From a virus (taxonomy: Duplodnaviria > Caudoviricetes): 64,000 nucleotides of DNA. Positions 16,878 through 27,029 of this stretch are shown piece after piece. The stretch is taken from positions 7,768 to 71,767 of the IMG/VR virus record IMGVR_UViG_3300042463_000545. The stretch is one strand, 5' to 3'. Position numbers and translations under genes: made by a program. The notes under the pieces are model-generated. The model worked only from the letters and a program-made list of their open reading frames with translations, did no database searches and was not told where the DNA came from. Position 1 is the first letter of the stretch. Each line of letters starts with the position of its first letter.

Positions 16878-18113
16878 ATGGCAGACAACCTAGACACTCC
16901 GTCATTTGGTAACTTTGGTATTGAAGATACTATGGAGATGGGAGTAGGTAACACGCAGCTGTTGGACGATTTATTCTCTCCAGAAACTTCTACAGAAGAT
17001 CCTGACAAACTAGAGACAATCGTAAAGACAGCAGAAGAACCAAAAGCTCCTAAGAAACCAGAAGTATCAAAAGGTAAAGAAGTTGTCCAGAAGCTAGATG
17101 GTGAGGAACCCACTCAACAAGATGTTTTGAAAAACTTTCTTGGAGATGACGATGATGAAGAAGAAGCAGAAGACGATGTTGTAACACCACCAGCCAAAGC
17201 AGCAGCTGAGGAAGAAGAGGATGATGTTGCAGAATCACCATTTGTTTCTTTATCAAAGGACCTTTTCAAACTTGGTGTTTTTACACAAGATGATGATGAA
17301 GAGGATGCTGTAATTGAAACTCCTGAACAATTTTTGGAGAAGTTCAATTCAGAAAAGAAAAAAGGTGCAATTGAAATTGTTGACAACTTCATAGGTCAAT
17401 TTGGAGAAGATTACCAGAAAGCGTTTGATGCCATATTTGTAAAGGGTGTAAGCCCTAGAGATTATTTTGGTGTATATAACAGTGTGGTAAACTTTGCTGA
17501 GTTAGATCTTTCTAGCGAAGACAATCAAGTGAGAGTAATCAAACAAGCTCTAGCAGACCAGGGATTCGATGATGAAGATATCACTACAGAAGTTGAAAGG
17601 CTTAGAAACTACGGTGATTTAGAAACAGTTGCTAGCAAGCATCACAAAGTGCTTGTCAAGAAGGAAGCAGTGAAGTTGCAACAGATGGAGCAACAAGCTG
17701 AACAACATCTTCAGCAGAAAGCAATGATTCGAAATCAGTATATACAAAACGTTCAGTCTGTCCTACAAGACAAATTGAAAACAAAGGAGTTTGATGGAAT
17801 TCCATTAAACCCCAAATTGGCATCAGAACTACAAGACTTCCTTTTGGTAGACAAGTACAAAACTCCTTCAGGCGAAACCCTGACAGATTTTGACAAGACT
17901 ATCCTGGAACTTAAGAGACCTGAGAACCACGCTATGAAAGTTAAGCTGGGACTTCTCCTTAAGATTTTGGAAAAAGATCCTACGCTATCTACCATACAAA
18001 GAACAGGAGTGACTAAGAAGTCAACCCAGTTGTTTGAGGAAGTTGCAAGGCAGACCAGTAAAAAACCTGGTTCTGGTGGCAATCCTGGAAAAGCGAACTC
18101 ATGGTTCTTATAA
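16878..18113 (+). CDS. Acidic putative scaffolding/capsid assembly protein
   Basis: Very D/E-rich N-half, helical C-half; lies between portal and capsid genes. Confidence 0.7.
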   Translation: MADNLDTPSFGNFGIEDTMEMGVGNTQLLDDLFSPETSTEDPDKLETIVKTAEEPKAPKKPEVSKGKEVVQKLDGEEPTQQDVLKNFLGDDDDEEEAEDDVVTPPAKAAAEEEEDDVAESPFVSLSKDLFKLGVFTQDDDEEDAVIETPEQFLEKFNSEKKKGAIEIVDNFIGQFGEDYQKAFDAIFVKGVSPRDYFGVYNSVVNFAELDLSSEDNQVRVIKQALADQGFDDEDITTEVERLRNYGDLETVASKHHKVLVKKEAVKLQQMEQQAEQHLQQKAMIRNQYIQNVQSVLQDKLKTKEFDGIPLNPKLASELQDFLLVDKYKTPSGETLTDFDKTILELKRPENHAMKVKLGLLLKILEKDPTLSTIQRTGVTKKSTQLFEEVARQTSKKPGSGGNPGKANSWFL

Positions 18114-18138
18114 ATTAAATAAAACAAAGTAAAAAACA

Positions 18139-19692
18139 ATGGCAATTCAAACAATCCCAGGTTTAACTGGCTTTACCTATGCCCGTGTTGCGTCAATGGA
18201 CAAGCGTGCAGTAGGAAAGCTAACTGATTCAAATCACTTGGAGTCATTCCACTCTACTGAGCCAGCTGACTATGACAAGAAGATCATCTCCTTGTACACT
18301 CAGAGCTCATTATACAGCAATGACTTCCTTGATATGATCAACAAGTCCACTCCTTATTACATCGACAACAACAGCGATTCTTGGAAGTGGGACGTTCAAG
18401 TTCCTTACAAATTCCCTAAAATCATCGACATCCCTAGCTCTACTGCTGAGTTGAGCAAGCCAGGTATTGATGGCCAGGAGTTTCAGGTGGTATTGGACAC
18501 TAACGAATTCTCTAAGAACGCTATCGTTTCTGTAGGTTCTCGTCAGTATGGTCCAAGATGGTATGCTGTAAAAGATCCAGTTCCATGGAATGCAGGTTTT
18601 CTTTACACTTTCACATTGGTGTCTGATAACCCAATCTTGGATTTCGTAAGCTCTACCTTCTTGCAAATTGGTATCGAACTAGAATTGGTTGATGCTGCAA
18701 TTGGTGAATTTGATCAGGACCTTCTTGGTTTACCAAGACTTGGTGAGAAAATCACTATGTTCGAATCTCTTGGTTCTGGATATGGTTTCGAGCACCAAGT
18801 TACTGCATGGGCTGATGATAAGACTATGCGTGATGCTTCTGGCAAACCTCTTGATATCTTGGTATACGCTCCTCAGCGTAGAAACCAACTTCCTCTAACT
18901 CGTAATGATGTTAAGTGGGAGCCATTCGTAGAATTCATGTTGAGAAAAGCAATGCTTGAACTTAAGGTGAAGCGAATGATCTGGTCTAAGCCAGGCACTG
19001 TAAAAACTAATGGATCTAAGCAAGAATTGAAGCGTGTATCTGCTGGTGTTTACCACAGAATGCGTAACAATGGTAACTTGGTACAATACAATCGTGGAGA
19101 ATTCTCCGCAAACCTTATCCGTTCCGTATTTGGAGACTTGTTCTACAGACGTGTGGATGTTAAGGATAGAAGAGTTAAAATGTACACTAACGAAGCTGGC
19201 TTCGATGTGTTCCAGCAGGCTCTTAAAGCAGATGCTTTGAACTCTGGTCTTACTTTCATGGCAGATTCTGGAAACAGATATATGCAAGGAGAAGGACAGC
19301 ACATCACTTACAACTTTGCATTCGATGCAATGGTAACTCGTGAGACTGGTCGTGTTGAACTTATCCACTTGAAAGAACTTGATCTTCCTCAATCCAACTT
19401 GGAATTTGGACAGAACAAGAAATCAACTCCTGTGTTCATGGTATTTGACGTATCTCCAATGTCTGATGGCTCTATGGTTAACAACATTCGTGAAGTACGT
19501 ATGAAGGGTGCTCCTTCTATGACTTGGGGTTACATTGATGGACGTAGACACCACTTAGGCTTTGCTAAGTCTCAGGGTATGTCTTCTGCCAACAAATTCC
19601 CAGGCTACGAAATCTGGATGCAAGATCGTTGCGATGTATTCATCGAAGACTTGTCACGAACTGTTCTCATCGAAGAAATTCCACAGTTCTAA
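18139..19692 (+). CDS. Major capsid protein
   Basis: 517 aa in the crAss-like MCP position; codon usage suggests high expression (ttc, aac, cgt); strong terminator follows. Confidence 0.88.
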   Translation: MAIQTIPGLTGFTYARVASMDKRAVGKLTDSNHLESFHSTEPADYDKKIISLYTQSSLYSNDFLDMINKSTPYYIDNNSDSWKWDVQVPYKFPKIIDIPSSTAELSKPGIDGQEFQVVLDTNEFSKNAIVSVGSRQYGPRWYAVKDPVPWNAGFLYTFTLVSDNPILDFVSSTFLQIGIELELVDAAIGEFDQDLLGLPRLGEKITMFESLGSGYGFEHQVTAWADDKTMRDASGKPLDILVYAPQRRNQLPLTRNDVKWEPFVEFMLRKAMLELKVKRMIWSKPGTVKTNGSKQELKRVSAGVYHRMRNNGNLVQYNRGEFSANLIRSVFGDLFYRRVDVKDRRVKMYTNEAGFDVFQQALKADALNSGLTFMADSGNRYMQGEGQHITYNFAFDAMVTRETGRVELIHLKELDLPQSNLEFGQNKKSTPVFMVFDVSPMSDGSMVNNIREVRMKGAPSMTWGYIDGRRHHLGFAKSQGMSSANKFPGYEIWMQDRCDVFIEDLSRTVLIEEIPQF

Positions 19693-19701
19693 TAGGAAAG
19701 A

Positions 19702-19727
19702 GCCCCTCAAAACGAGGGGCACTTTTT
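19702..19727 (+). terminator. Intrinsic terminator after MCP
   Basis: GCCCCTC-AAAAC-GAGGGGC followed by ACTTTTT. Confidence 0.8.
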
Positions 19728-19816
19728 CCCCTTTAAAACAGAGTGTAGGTCAGTGAGCCTAGCCATTTGATTGGCACACTCTGCAAACAAACCAATAATA
19801 ATCAAATAACTACGTA

Positions 19817-20785
19817 ATGGGTAAATTAGGGAAAATCTCCACGATTAAGAAGGAGTACAACAGTTCTGGCATGCAAACCATGCAAGGAGGATTATCACAA
19901 AGAGGGCTATCTAGAATTCCAGGAACTGGAGTTTTTAAATATCCTTACAAGGAACTTGATGGAAGATACAGAACAGGCTTAGATGCTGATGCTGCTTACA
20001 TCAAAAGAATTGCTGATCCTACAGAGCGTGAGCTAGAAGTTGAACGTGTAACAGAGCTAAGAAAGAAGCTTGAAGATGCTCTAGGAGGAATAGATCTTGG
20101 ACCAAGAGCTATTTTCTGGAACTACGGCTTATCAAAGTCTACAGATGACACTACTCATGTGCAAACTGTAAAACTTCTTGATGGTGATAACTACTTCGAT
20201 TTAACAGTACCTTTTCAAGAACTTGCGTTCTCTTGGTTGAGAGTTCATCCAACAGTTGCTAGTTCTTACCAAGCATGGGAAAGAGGTGACTATCCAGCAG
20301 ATACACAATTCTACGTTGTAGATGATGATATCGAAAATGCTGTAATCTTCAAGAAGAAACAATTGATCAACAAGGCAATCTCCAAGTTTGATACAATGTC
20401 TCCTGAGAAGAAAAGAAAAGTTGCAAGACTTCTAGGACTTCCAGTTACAGAAGATTCCAAAGAAGATTTTGTATATAATCAAGTGGATAATATTCTCAAG
20501 CAGACTGAATTCAAGTCTGGTAAATACCAAGGATTGTCAACAATCGAAGTGTTTAACAGATTTGCAGACATGAAGGAAAATTTACTCCATATCAAAGATT
20601 TGGTTAAGCAAGCTATTGCACATTCAGTTTACAGAGTTAAGTCCAGTGGACGTGTCTTTGAAGGCGAATTTGAACTAGCAAAAGACGAAGAGGAATTGGT
20701 GAAGTTCTTGGCTAACGATGATAATCAGGACGAACTAATCACTCTAGAACAAAAGTTGAAATCTAAGAAACTCGCTTCTGTATGA
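19817..20785 (+). CDS. Conserved crAss-like virion/assembly protein downstream of MCP
   Basis: 322 aa; YRTGLD...FW...LLDGDNYFDL..P; assigned by gene order. Confidence 0.7.
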   Translation: MGKLGKISTIKKEYNSSGMQTMQGGLSQRGLSRIPGTGVFKYPYKELDGRYRTGLDADAAYIKRIADPTERELEVERVTELRKKLEDALGGIDLGPRAIFWNYGLSKSTDDTTHVQTVKLLDGDNYFDLTVPFQELAFSWLRVHPTVASSYQAWERGDYPADTQFYVVDDDIENAVIFKKKQLINKAISKFDTMSPEKKRKVARLLGLPVTEDSKEDFVYNQVDNILKQTEFKSGKYQGLSTIEVFNRFADMKENLLHIKDLVKQAIAHSVYRVKSSGRVFEGEFELAKDEEELVKFLANDDNQDELITLEQKLKSKKLASV

Positions 20786-21513
20786 TACCTGTAGATAGTT
20801 TATTATATAAGATTGATCAAAAACTAAATAAACTATCAACTAATGAGCATCAGCAGATTCAACTAGAAGATAAAATACTTGCGCTTAACGAAGCGCAAAT
20901 AAAGTTAATCAAACAGAAGGTTGATGGATTTAGTGTTGTTAGTGGTATGGGGTTGGACTCTTTTAAAAAGCGTTACGAAGACCTACAAAGACTTGTAATT
21001 AATTACAATGCTGGTAAGTTAAACCTCCACCTCAAGAACGAAACATTAAATCAGTGGGCAGCTGATATTGATTTACTTGATCCAAAATACATGTTTTACA
21101 TTGACAGCTATGTTTTAGCTGACAAGGGAGTGTGCAAGGATCGACAAATTTGGATAAACAAAGATTTGGCAAAACATGGTGATTTGCAGTTCTTATTGAA
21201 CAACGTTCACTATAGACCATCTTTCGAATATCAAGAGACATTTAATTTTATCTCTTCAGATGAAATTAGTATATTCACTGACGGAACGTTCACTCCAACT
21301 GCGATATACATCTCTTATATGAGATATCCAATCTACATTGATAAGACAGGCTACATCAGGTTTGATGGTCAACCCTCAACAGACGTTGATTGCGAACTTG
21401 AAGCTTATCTGGAAGACGAGTTAGTTGATTTAACTGTCCAGAACTTAGCAATGTATACAGAGAATGCAGCTGCGGTACAAAGTGCCCAGTTCAGAATACA
21501 AACAAATGAATAA
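20782..21513 (+). CDS. Putative head-tail ring/adaptor protein
   Basis: LNEAQIKLIK...YMRYP...CELEAYLEDELVDLTV pattern of crAss-like ring proteins. Confidence 0.7.
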   Translation: MIPVDSLLYKIDQKLNKLSTNEHQQIQLEDKILALNEAQIKLIKQKVDGFSVVSGMGLDSFKKRYEDLQRLVINYNAGKLNLHLKNETLNQWAADIDLLDPKYMFYIDSYVLADKGVCKDRQIWINKDLAKHGDLQFLLNNVHYRPSFEYQETFNFISSDEISIFTDGTFTPTAIYISYMRYPIYIDKTGYIRFDGQPSTDVDCELEAYLEDELVDLTVQNLAMYTENAAAVQSAQFRIQTNE

Positions 21514-21538
21514 ATAAACTTAACAAACAAACAAAAAA

Positions 21539-22717
21539 ATGGCTGATTTCTCGTTAACCACCCTTTTTGTAGTTCCAGTAGGGCAAACTTCGCTCCCTAG
21601 CACTGGTTCTACTCAGGATCTAACTGCTGGTCAAGTTGGTTTTTTCAGAAACGATTACAGTGTGGCTACAGCTGGCAATATTGCTGCTGCTCCATACTTC
21701 TATGTAGCTCAAGGTAGACAAAACACCTACCTACAAGGCTCTAAGCGTTCTGATAAAATCAAGGGTTGCCCTTCTGGTTCAGGTTGCTCATCTAACGTAA
21801 CTGAATGGTACAAAGTATCAGGTTGCGGTACTCCTGCTGTCCAAATCACTGATGTGACTAATTGGAATGTACAGTGTGGAGAAGTTGTGACTCTTACTCT
21901 AAGAGGACACTCTAGTTATCTTGACACCTTGTACTTCAACGGTTTCACCCGTTCAGTAACTGTACAAGCTCCTTGCTGTGATTGTGGTGCTGATCCTTGT
22001 GCTGATGTTAACACTAACGCATTGATCAACCAGTTCATCTATCAGTTGAACCTTGCTGCTCCTGGTAACAACCCTGACAATATCACATTGTCTGATTTCT
22101 ATACTTTCGAAAACGTAGGTGGAACTATCCTTCGTATTTCTGGTAAGCCTCTTACCAAGTATGGCCAGCCTTGCGATATTGCTGCATTCCCTTGGGAATA
22201 TGACAGAATGTACTTCCGTACTTTCGTTTACCAAGGTCCTGCTACCACTGCTGACTTCATCGTTGCTGACAATTGTGATATTGTAGCTGACCCTGTTGTT
22301 GTTCAGAGATCTTCTTACCCAACTGGTACTGCTGAAGAAATTGCTCAACTTGAGAAGAACTTCTACAGCTATCAGGCAGGTTACTTGAAGCACTTGTACA
22401 GAATGAATGGCTACAACGAGAACTTTGAGACTTATGTAACTACTGGTACTATTTATGATACCTACTACATCAAGTTCAATCAGTATGATCGTTCTGCTTA
22501 TCAGTGGGGTGACTATATTTATGAGGATAGCATGGTTATTCTTGCTGCCCCTAATGCTGCTACTGCTGGTAACGCTGGTATTGCTGCTGCGGTTGAAGCT
22601 GTTCTTGAAGCTGCTCTTGGTACTGTAGTTGACAACAATGTTTGTATCACTACTACTACCACTACAACTTCTACACCTCCAACAACTACTACCACTACTA
22701 GCACTTTGATTCCTTAA
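21539..22717 (+). CDS. Abundant virion protein (auxiliary capsid/decoration-like) with poly-Thr tail
   Basis: 392 aa, MCP-like codon bias, Cys pairs, C-terminal Thr tract, followed by a terminator. Confidence 0.7.
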   Translation: MADFSLTTLFVVPVGQTSLPSTGSTQDLTAGQVGFFRNDYSVATAGNIAAAPYFYVAQGRQNTYLQGSKRSDKIKGCPSGSGCSSNVTEWYKVSGCGTPAVQITDVTNWNVQCGEVVTLTLRGHSSYLDTLYFNGFTRSVTVQAPCCDCGADPCADVNTNALINQFIYQLNLAAPGNNPDNITLSDFYTFENVGGTILRISGKPLTKYGQPCDIAAFPWEYDRMYFRTFVYQGPATTADFIVADNCDIVADPVVVQRSSYPTGTAEEIAQLEKNFYSYQAGYLKHLYRMNGYNENFETYVTTGTIYDTYYIKFNQYDRSAYQWGDYIYEDSMVILAAPNAATAGNAGIAAAVEAVLEAALGTVVDNNVCITTTTTTTSTPPTTTTTTSTLIP

Positions 22718-22746
22718 TAGTAGGTAAGTTAAAATTTCTACAACCT

Positions 22747-22796
22747 ATGCCAGAGGGTGAGAGGATTAGTTCTCAAAATCCTCTGGCATTTTCTTT
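22747..22796 (+). terminator. Intrinsic terminator / long hairpin
   Basis: ATGCCAGAGG...CCTCTGGCAT followed by TTTCTTT. Confidence 0.75.
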
Positions 22797-22805
22797 ATAA
22801 CTCCC

Positions 22806-23372
22806 ATGCCAACTCTGCAACTAGACATTCTCGTAGTTCCAACATACAACACGCTAACGCTTGCTGTTGCTGATGCTTCTACATATCCAACTACACCACC
22901 AAATGTTACATCTCCATCTATTGAGATAAATGTTCCTAACTTTGGCATAGTTAATATTCCATTTGTTGTTAATTCGTTGAATGTATTCACAAGTGTTAAC
23001 TTAGGAATTTCAACAGTTACTAACGACCCACTTCCTGATGGCATCTACTATCTAAAGTATTCAGTGGCTCCAGCAAACGTAAACTTTGTTGAAAGGACCA
23101 TCATGCGTGTAGAGAGACTTCAAGAGAAGTTTGATGGAGCATTCATGAGACTTGACATGATGGAGTGTGATAGAGCAATTAAAACACAATCTAAGGTGGA
23201 GCTTACAACTATATCATTCTTTATTAACGGGGCTATAGCAGCTGCAAATAATTGTGCTACAGTTGAAGCAAATAGATTGTATCTTCAAGCTGACAAAATG
23301 CTGAACAATTTCTTAAGAAACAACTGTGGATGTTCAGGAAATAATTACGCAACAGTAACAACCTATTATTAA
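22806..23372 (+). CDS. Putative virion structural protein
   Basis: 188 aa; LPDGIYYLKYSV beta-sandwich-like segment and a Cys-containing C-terminus. Confidence 0.65.
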   Translation: MPTLQLDILVVPTYNTLTLAVADASTYPTTPPNVTSPSIEINVPNFGIVNIPFVVNSLNVFTSVNLGISTVTNDPLPDGIYYLKYSVAPANVNFVERTIMRVERLQEKFDGAFMRLDMMECDRAIKTQSKVELTTISFFINGAIAAANNCATVEANRLYLQADKMLNNFLRNNCGCSGNNYATVTTYY

Positions 23373-23373
23373 T

Positions 23374-23502
23374 ATGGCAAAGTGTTCAAGATGTGGAGCA
23401 AGTGTTGGGTGTGGATGCAATCTGAAAAATGGATTGTGTGCATTTTGTGCACAGAAGAAAAAAGATGAAATCACAGTTGTTCCACCATCAGATAAAAACT
23501 AA
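23374..23502 (+). CDS. 42-aa Cys-rich microprotein (not in ORF track)
   Basis: MAKCSRCGASVGCGCNLKNGLCAFCAQKKKDEITVVPPSDKN*; exactly fills the intergenic gap. Confidence 0.7.
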   Translation: MAKCSRCGASVGCGCNLKNGLCAFCAQKKKDEITVVPPSDKN

Positions 23503-23507
23503 AAGAT

Positions 23508-23774
23508 ATGTTACAACCTAGATTAACATCTTGTCCTGAATGTGTTGATATTCCAACATTGTTAGGTGATATTGAATGCAAGATTACAGAAGTTGCAAAG
23601 AATCTTTACAACAACACTGTGTTTGCATTGAATATGCCTGTTCCATTTACAACATTGATAGATCTTCTAAACTATAGAAGGATCTTGACATATAAGTATT
23701 GTAACCCAGATTACGCTAGTCAATTTAGCGTATGTCAAATAGCTAGTAAAGTAAAACTTCTAAAATATAAATAA
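23508..23774 (+). CDS. Small Cys-containing structural protein
   Basis: 88 aa, in the fibre gene cluster. Confidence 0.65.
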   Translation: MLQPRLTSCPECVDIPTLLGDIECKITEVAKNLYNNTVFALNMPVPFTTLIDLLNYRRILTYKYCNPDYASQFSVCQIASKVKLLKYK

Positions 23775-24902
23775 ATGAGCTGCTCTAATTGCTTTAACGG
23801 ATGCACAGAAATCATATCTGATCAGTGCGTAAGATATACAGGATTTAATATTCCTGCTCTTGGTATTTCAAATGGTGATACTCTTGCCCATGTTGAATTA
23901 CAAATTTCAACATTCATAATAGATTTGTCTACAGGTAATGGGATTATTCCTGTTATCAATCCAGCTGATCTCTGCTCATTGGTGAGTGGGTTTCTTCCAG
24001 TGTCTGGTGACATTACACTTAATGATGTTATATCAGCATTGATTCGATCAATTTGCGCTTTAAAAACCAGTGTTACAGCAATTGAATCAACACTCACCAC
24101 CCTTAATGCCAATTACACAATTGGATGTCTTACAGGTGTAACATCATCGTCTGATACACATGACATTCTTCAAGCAGCTATTAACAAGCTTTGTTCAACA
24201 GCTACTGATCTAACAGCACTAACACTTAATGTTACAACCAATTATGTTGAGCTGGCTGATTTGAATACGCTTATTCAAGCCTATTTGAATAGCATTGCTC
24301 CATCCAATTTGTACAAGAACAACATGGTACCATATATTGCTTATGAATACTATGGTCCTATTACAGGTTTTGATATTACAGGAGCAGGTTCTGGACAATT
24401 TATAGATGTGTTCTTGTGTAATGGTAGCAATGGTACACCAGATAAGAGAGGACGTGTTGCTGTAGGAACTACAGATGGTAGTATGGCTGGCTCAATTCCA
24501 ATGAGTTCAATAGTTAATCCATCCACAGCAGGTAATCCAAGCTATTCACTATTTGGTGTAGCAGGTTTGAACAATGTAACCTTATCAGCTACTCAAATCC
24601 CTTCTCACACGCACACAGCTACAGCTACATCAACAGCTACTCCTCACAGTCACTTCATTGCTAAGAGTGGTGCTAACATTGGTGATTTGACAAGTACAAG
24701 TCCTCTTGACACTTTATTTGATGCAGGTAGTAATTATTCTTATAATCTTAAAAGTACGGCAGGAACTGCTGATCTAGGGCCAACTAACAATGCAACAGTA
24801 AATGTTACAACTAGTGTAGTTGTTGATGTAACAGGTGGTGGACTATCTCATAATAACATCCAACCTACAATTGGTGCGTATTACATCATGTATATCCCAT
24901 AA
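23775..24902 (+). CDS. Tail fibre protein with phage tail-collar-like domain
   Basis: LCNGSNGTPDKRGRVAVG...VTLSATQIPSHTH...GGGLSHNNIQP...YIMY. Confidence 0.82.
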   Translation: MSCSNCFNGCTEIISDQCVRYTGFNIPALGISNGDTLAHVELQISTFIIDLSTGNGIIPVINPADLCSLVSGFLPVSGDITLNDVISALIRSICALKTSVTAIESTLTTLNANYTIGCLTGVTSSSDTHDILQAAINKLCSTATDLTALTLNVTTNYVELADLNTLIQAYLNSIAPSNLYKNNMVPYIAYEYYGPITGFDITGAGSGQFIDVFLCNGSNGTPDKRGRVAVGTTDGSMAGSIPMSSIVNPSTAGNPSYSLFGVAGLNNVTLSATQIPSHTHTATATSTATPHSHFIAKSGANIGDLTSTSPLDTLFDAGSNYSYNLKSTAGTADLGPTNNATVNVTTSVVVDVTGGGLSHNNIQPTIGAYYIMYIP

Positions 24903-24906
24903 AACT

Positions 24907-25422
24907 ATGCCATTCAATACTAATTGCCCAGGATGCGGATCTTTAGGTCCATGTGGTTGCAGCGGTGATCATTGTAATTTTGTATCTTCTGAAAATGTTA
25001 AATATGTAGGTCCAAACCTGGCAGGAACAGGAATACAAAGCTGTGATGATCTCACAGTTGCATTACAGAAGATTGACAATGCAATTGCTCTTATAGAAGC
25101 ACAGATTTCTCCAACACCACCTACAACTACCACAACTAGTACATCAGGTGCTCCAACTACTAGTACAACTAGTACAACAACTACAGGACCTGGATATTAT
25201 GCTTGGTATTTAGGAGGACTGGCAAATATTGCAAATCCATGCACAGCAGCCATACTTCTACCTATATTGTATACATCTGTTCCTGTACTAGCAAATGGTG
25301 TAGTTTTATATACTAACACTGGTTTAACAACTACTTATAGTGGGTATATTTACATAACCAACTTGAGTACTAAGTGGACAGTATCAAGTGGAGGTGTGCT
25401 GAGTGCAGCAACTTCTTGCTAA
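24907..25422 (+). CDS. Short fibre/decoration protein with Thr-rich linker (start revised to MPFNTNC)
   Basis: N-terminal module similar to that of 23775..24902, then a Thr tract and a small beta domain. Confidence 0.7.
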   Translation: MPFNTNCPGCGSLGPCGCSGDHCNFVSSENVKYVGPNLAGTGIQSCDDLTVALQKIDNAIALIEAQISPTPPTTTTTSTSGAPTTSTTSTTTTGPGYYAWYLGGLANIANPCTAAILLPILYTSVPVLANGVVLYTNTGLTTTYSGYIYITNLSTKWTVSSGGVLSAATSC

Positions 25423-25441
25423 CTATTAAATCAAAAAGTGC

Positions 25442-25693
25442 ATGTTCATATACATAACTCTTACATCAGCTGGAGCAGATTCAGGACCGTTCAACCTTTA
25501 TTCAAATGTTGATGGGTATGTATCAGCATTTGCTACAAATGTTCCTAAAGCAACTTTATTAGCAGGATATGCTGTAACTGCTCCAGCTGGTACAACCACT
25601 GTAAGAATATTGAGTGATGGAGTGTGCACAAACTTTATTGACGTAATTGTAAGCACTACAACCACAACTACCACTACGAGTGAACCATTATAA
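25442..25693 (+). CDS. Small beta-module protein with poly-Thr tail
   Basis: ITLTSAGADSGPFNLYS..DGY module, paralogous to 33678..34133. Confidence 0.75.
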   Translation: MFIYITLTSAGADSGPFNLYSNVDGYVSAFATNVPKATLLAGYAVTAPAGTTTVRILSDGVCTNFIDVIVSTTTTTTTTSEPL

Positions 25694-25736
25694 ACTAAAT
25701 TCAAATAAACTCTACTTTATTGGTTTTGTAGGTTTT

Positions 25737-25770
25737 CTCCCAGACATTAAATGTCTGGGAGTTTTTATTT
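25737..25770 (+). terminator. Intrinsic terminator
   Basis: CTCCCAGACAT-TAA-ATGTCTGGGAG followed by TTTTTATTT. Confidence 0.85.
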
Positions 25771-25822
25771 GGAAAAATGATTAAATTTGAGTAGATATAA
25801 CTCTGAAAATCAGCAACACAAG

Positions 25823-26551
25823 ATGTCAACATTAAGAAAGCTAGTCTCTGACGTTAGGAGCACGCACAAAATCATATCAACAGATAGTCTCATCACAGAC
25901 AGAGCAATTGCGTCTGAGGTGCGAAATAATGCACTATTGTTGATAAAAAGAGAAACCAATCTTAGAAAACTCTGGGCAACAGATACACTTTTTACAACAA
26001 TTCCATGTTTGGAAATGTGTGAGGTTCCCATCTCAGAATGCTGTGATTATGCAGATCCTTGTTCTGTTGCAAGGTCAACATATCAACTTCCTAGAATATC
26101 TGAAGGAAATTATCAATACGTTATTCAAGGTGTTTATTCAATAAACGCAATGTCTGGACAAGGCACTAAGATAAAAGAGATAACTGTCAATCGTTATCTC
26201 AACCTATTAAAACTTCCTGTTATTAAAAAAGAACAGTATTTCTGGATTTCAAATGGTTATCTTTATGTCAGCAATCCAGCATTACAGGCAGTTAGGTTTG
26301 TAGCTCTTTTTGAAGAAGATATACCTAACGACATCATGTATCCTGAATGCGGATGCGGAACTCCAAGTTATACAACTGACCAGCTTTGTCAGAACCCTCT
26401 AGATAAAGAGTTTGCTCTTCCAGGATACTTGGAAAAGCAAGTGCTAGACTTAACTTCACAGAAGCTTCTACAGAGCTATTTCAATCTGAAGACTGACATG
26501 ACTGATGATGGAATAGATGGTCAATCACCAAACTCACCACAATTTAGATGA
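25823..26551 (+). CDS. Putative tail ring/tubular protein (start revised to MSTLRK)
   Basis: crAss-like tail cluster position; YFWISNGYLYV...ALFE...EFALPGYL. Confidence 0.7.
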   Translation: MSTLRKLVSDVRSTHKIISTDSLITDRAIASEVRNNALLLIKRETNLRKLWATDTLFTTIPCLEMCEVPISECCDYADPCSVARSTYQLPRISEGNYQYVIQGVYSINAMSGQGTKIKEITVNRYLNLLKLPVIKKEQYFWISNGYLYVSNPALQAVRFVALFEEDIPNDIMYPECGCGTPSYTTDQLCQNPLDKEFALPGYLEKQVLDLTSQKLLQSYFNLKTDMTDDGIDGQSPNSPQFR

Positions 26552-27027
26552 GAGTACCAATAGATTGGCGAAGTGCCTCAAAAGAAAACTACAATAATTT
26601 CAAGAGTGAGAAACCTGAAATAAACCTCTCTTTCGATGACTGGAAGAGAGTTGTTTATGGTTTTAATGAGATGTTTGTTGAACACATGCTTGAAACAGGG
26701 GAGAAGGTAAAACTTCCATGTGGAATAGGAGACTTTGCAATCAACAAAAAGAAAAGAGTGAAGACCACAGTGGTCAACGGTAAAGAGTATATAAATCTTC
26801 CAATCGACTGGAAAAAAACTAGAGAGAAGGGAAAATACATTTACAACTTCAACTACCATACAGAAGGTTATTATTTTGGATGGAAGTGGTTTAAAAGATC
26901 TTGTAGATTTAAGTTTTCTGATTTGTGGTTATTCAAACCAACGAGACAAAACTCTAGATTGATTAACCACTATCTGAAAGTTGACGAGAAGTATCAACAT
27001 ATTTATGCAACATGGAATCGTAATTAA
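26548..27027 (+). CDS. HU/IHF-like basic protein of the tail cluster
   Basis: FNEMFVEHMLETGEKVKLPCGIGDFAINKKK...IDWKKT; crAss-like phages carry IHF-like genes here. Confidence 0.7.
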   Translation: MRVPIDWRSASKENYNNFKSEKPEINLSFDDWKRVVYGFNEMFVEHMLETGEKVKLPCGIGDFAINKKKRVKTTVVNGKEYINLPIDWKKTREKGKYIYNFNYHTEGYYFGWKWFKRSCRFKFSDLWLFKPTRQNSRLINHYLKVDEKYQHIYATWNRN

Positions 27028-27029
27028 AG

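Noticed and set aside
12126-19692. Introns or inteins in terL, portal or MCP
   Set aside because: Lengths look normal, with no frame breaks, intein termini or homing endonuclease motifs noticed.
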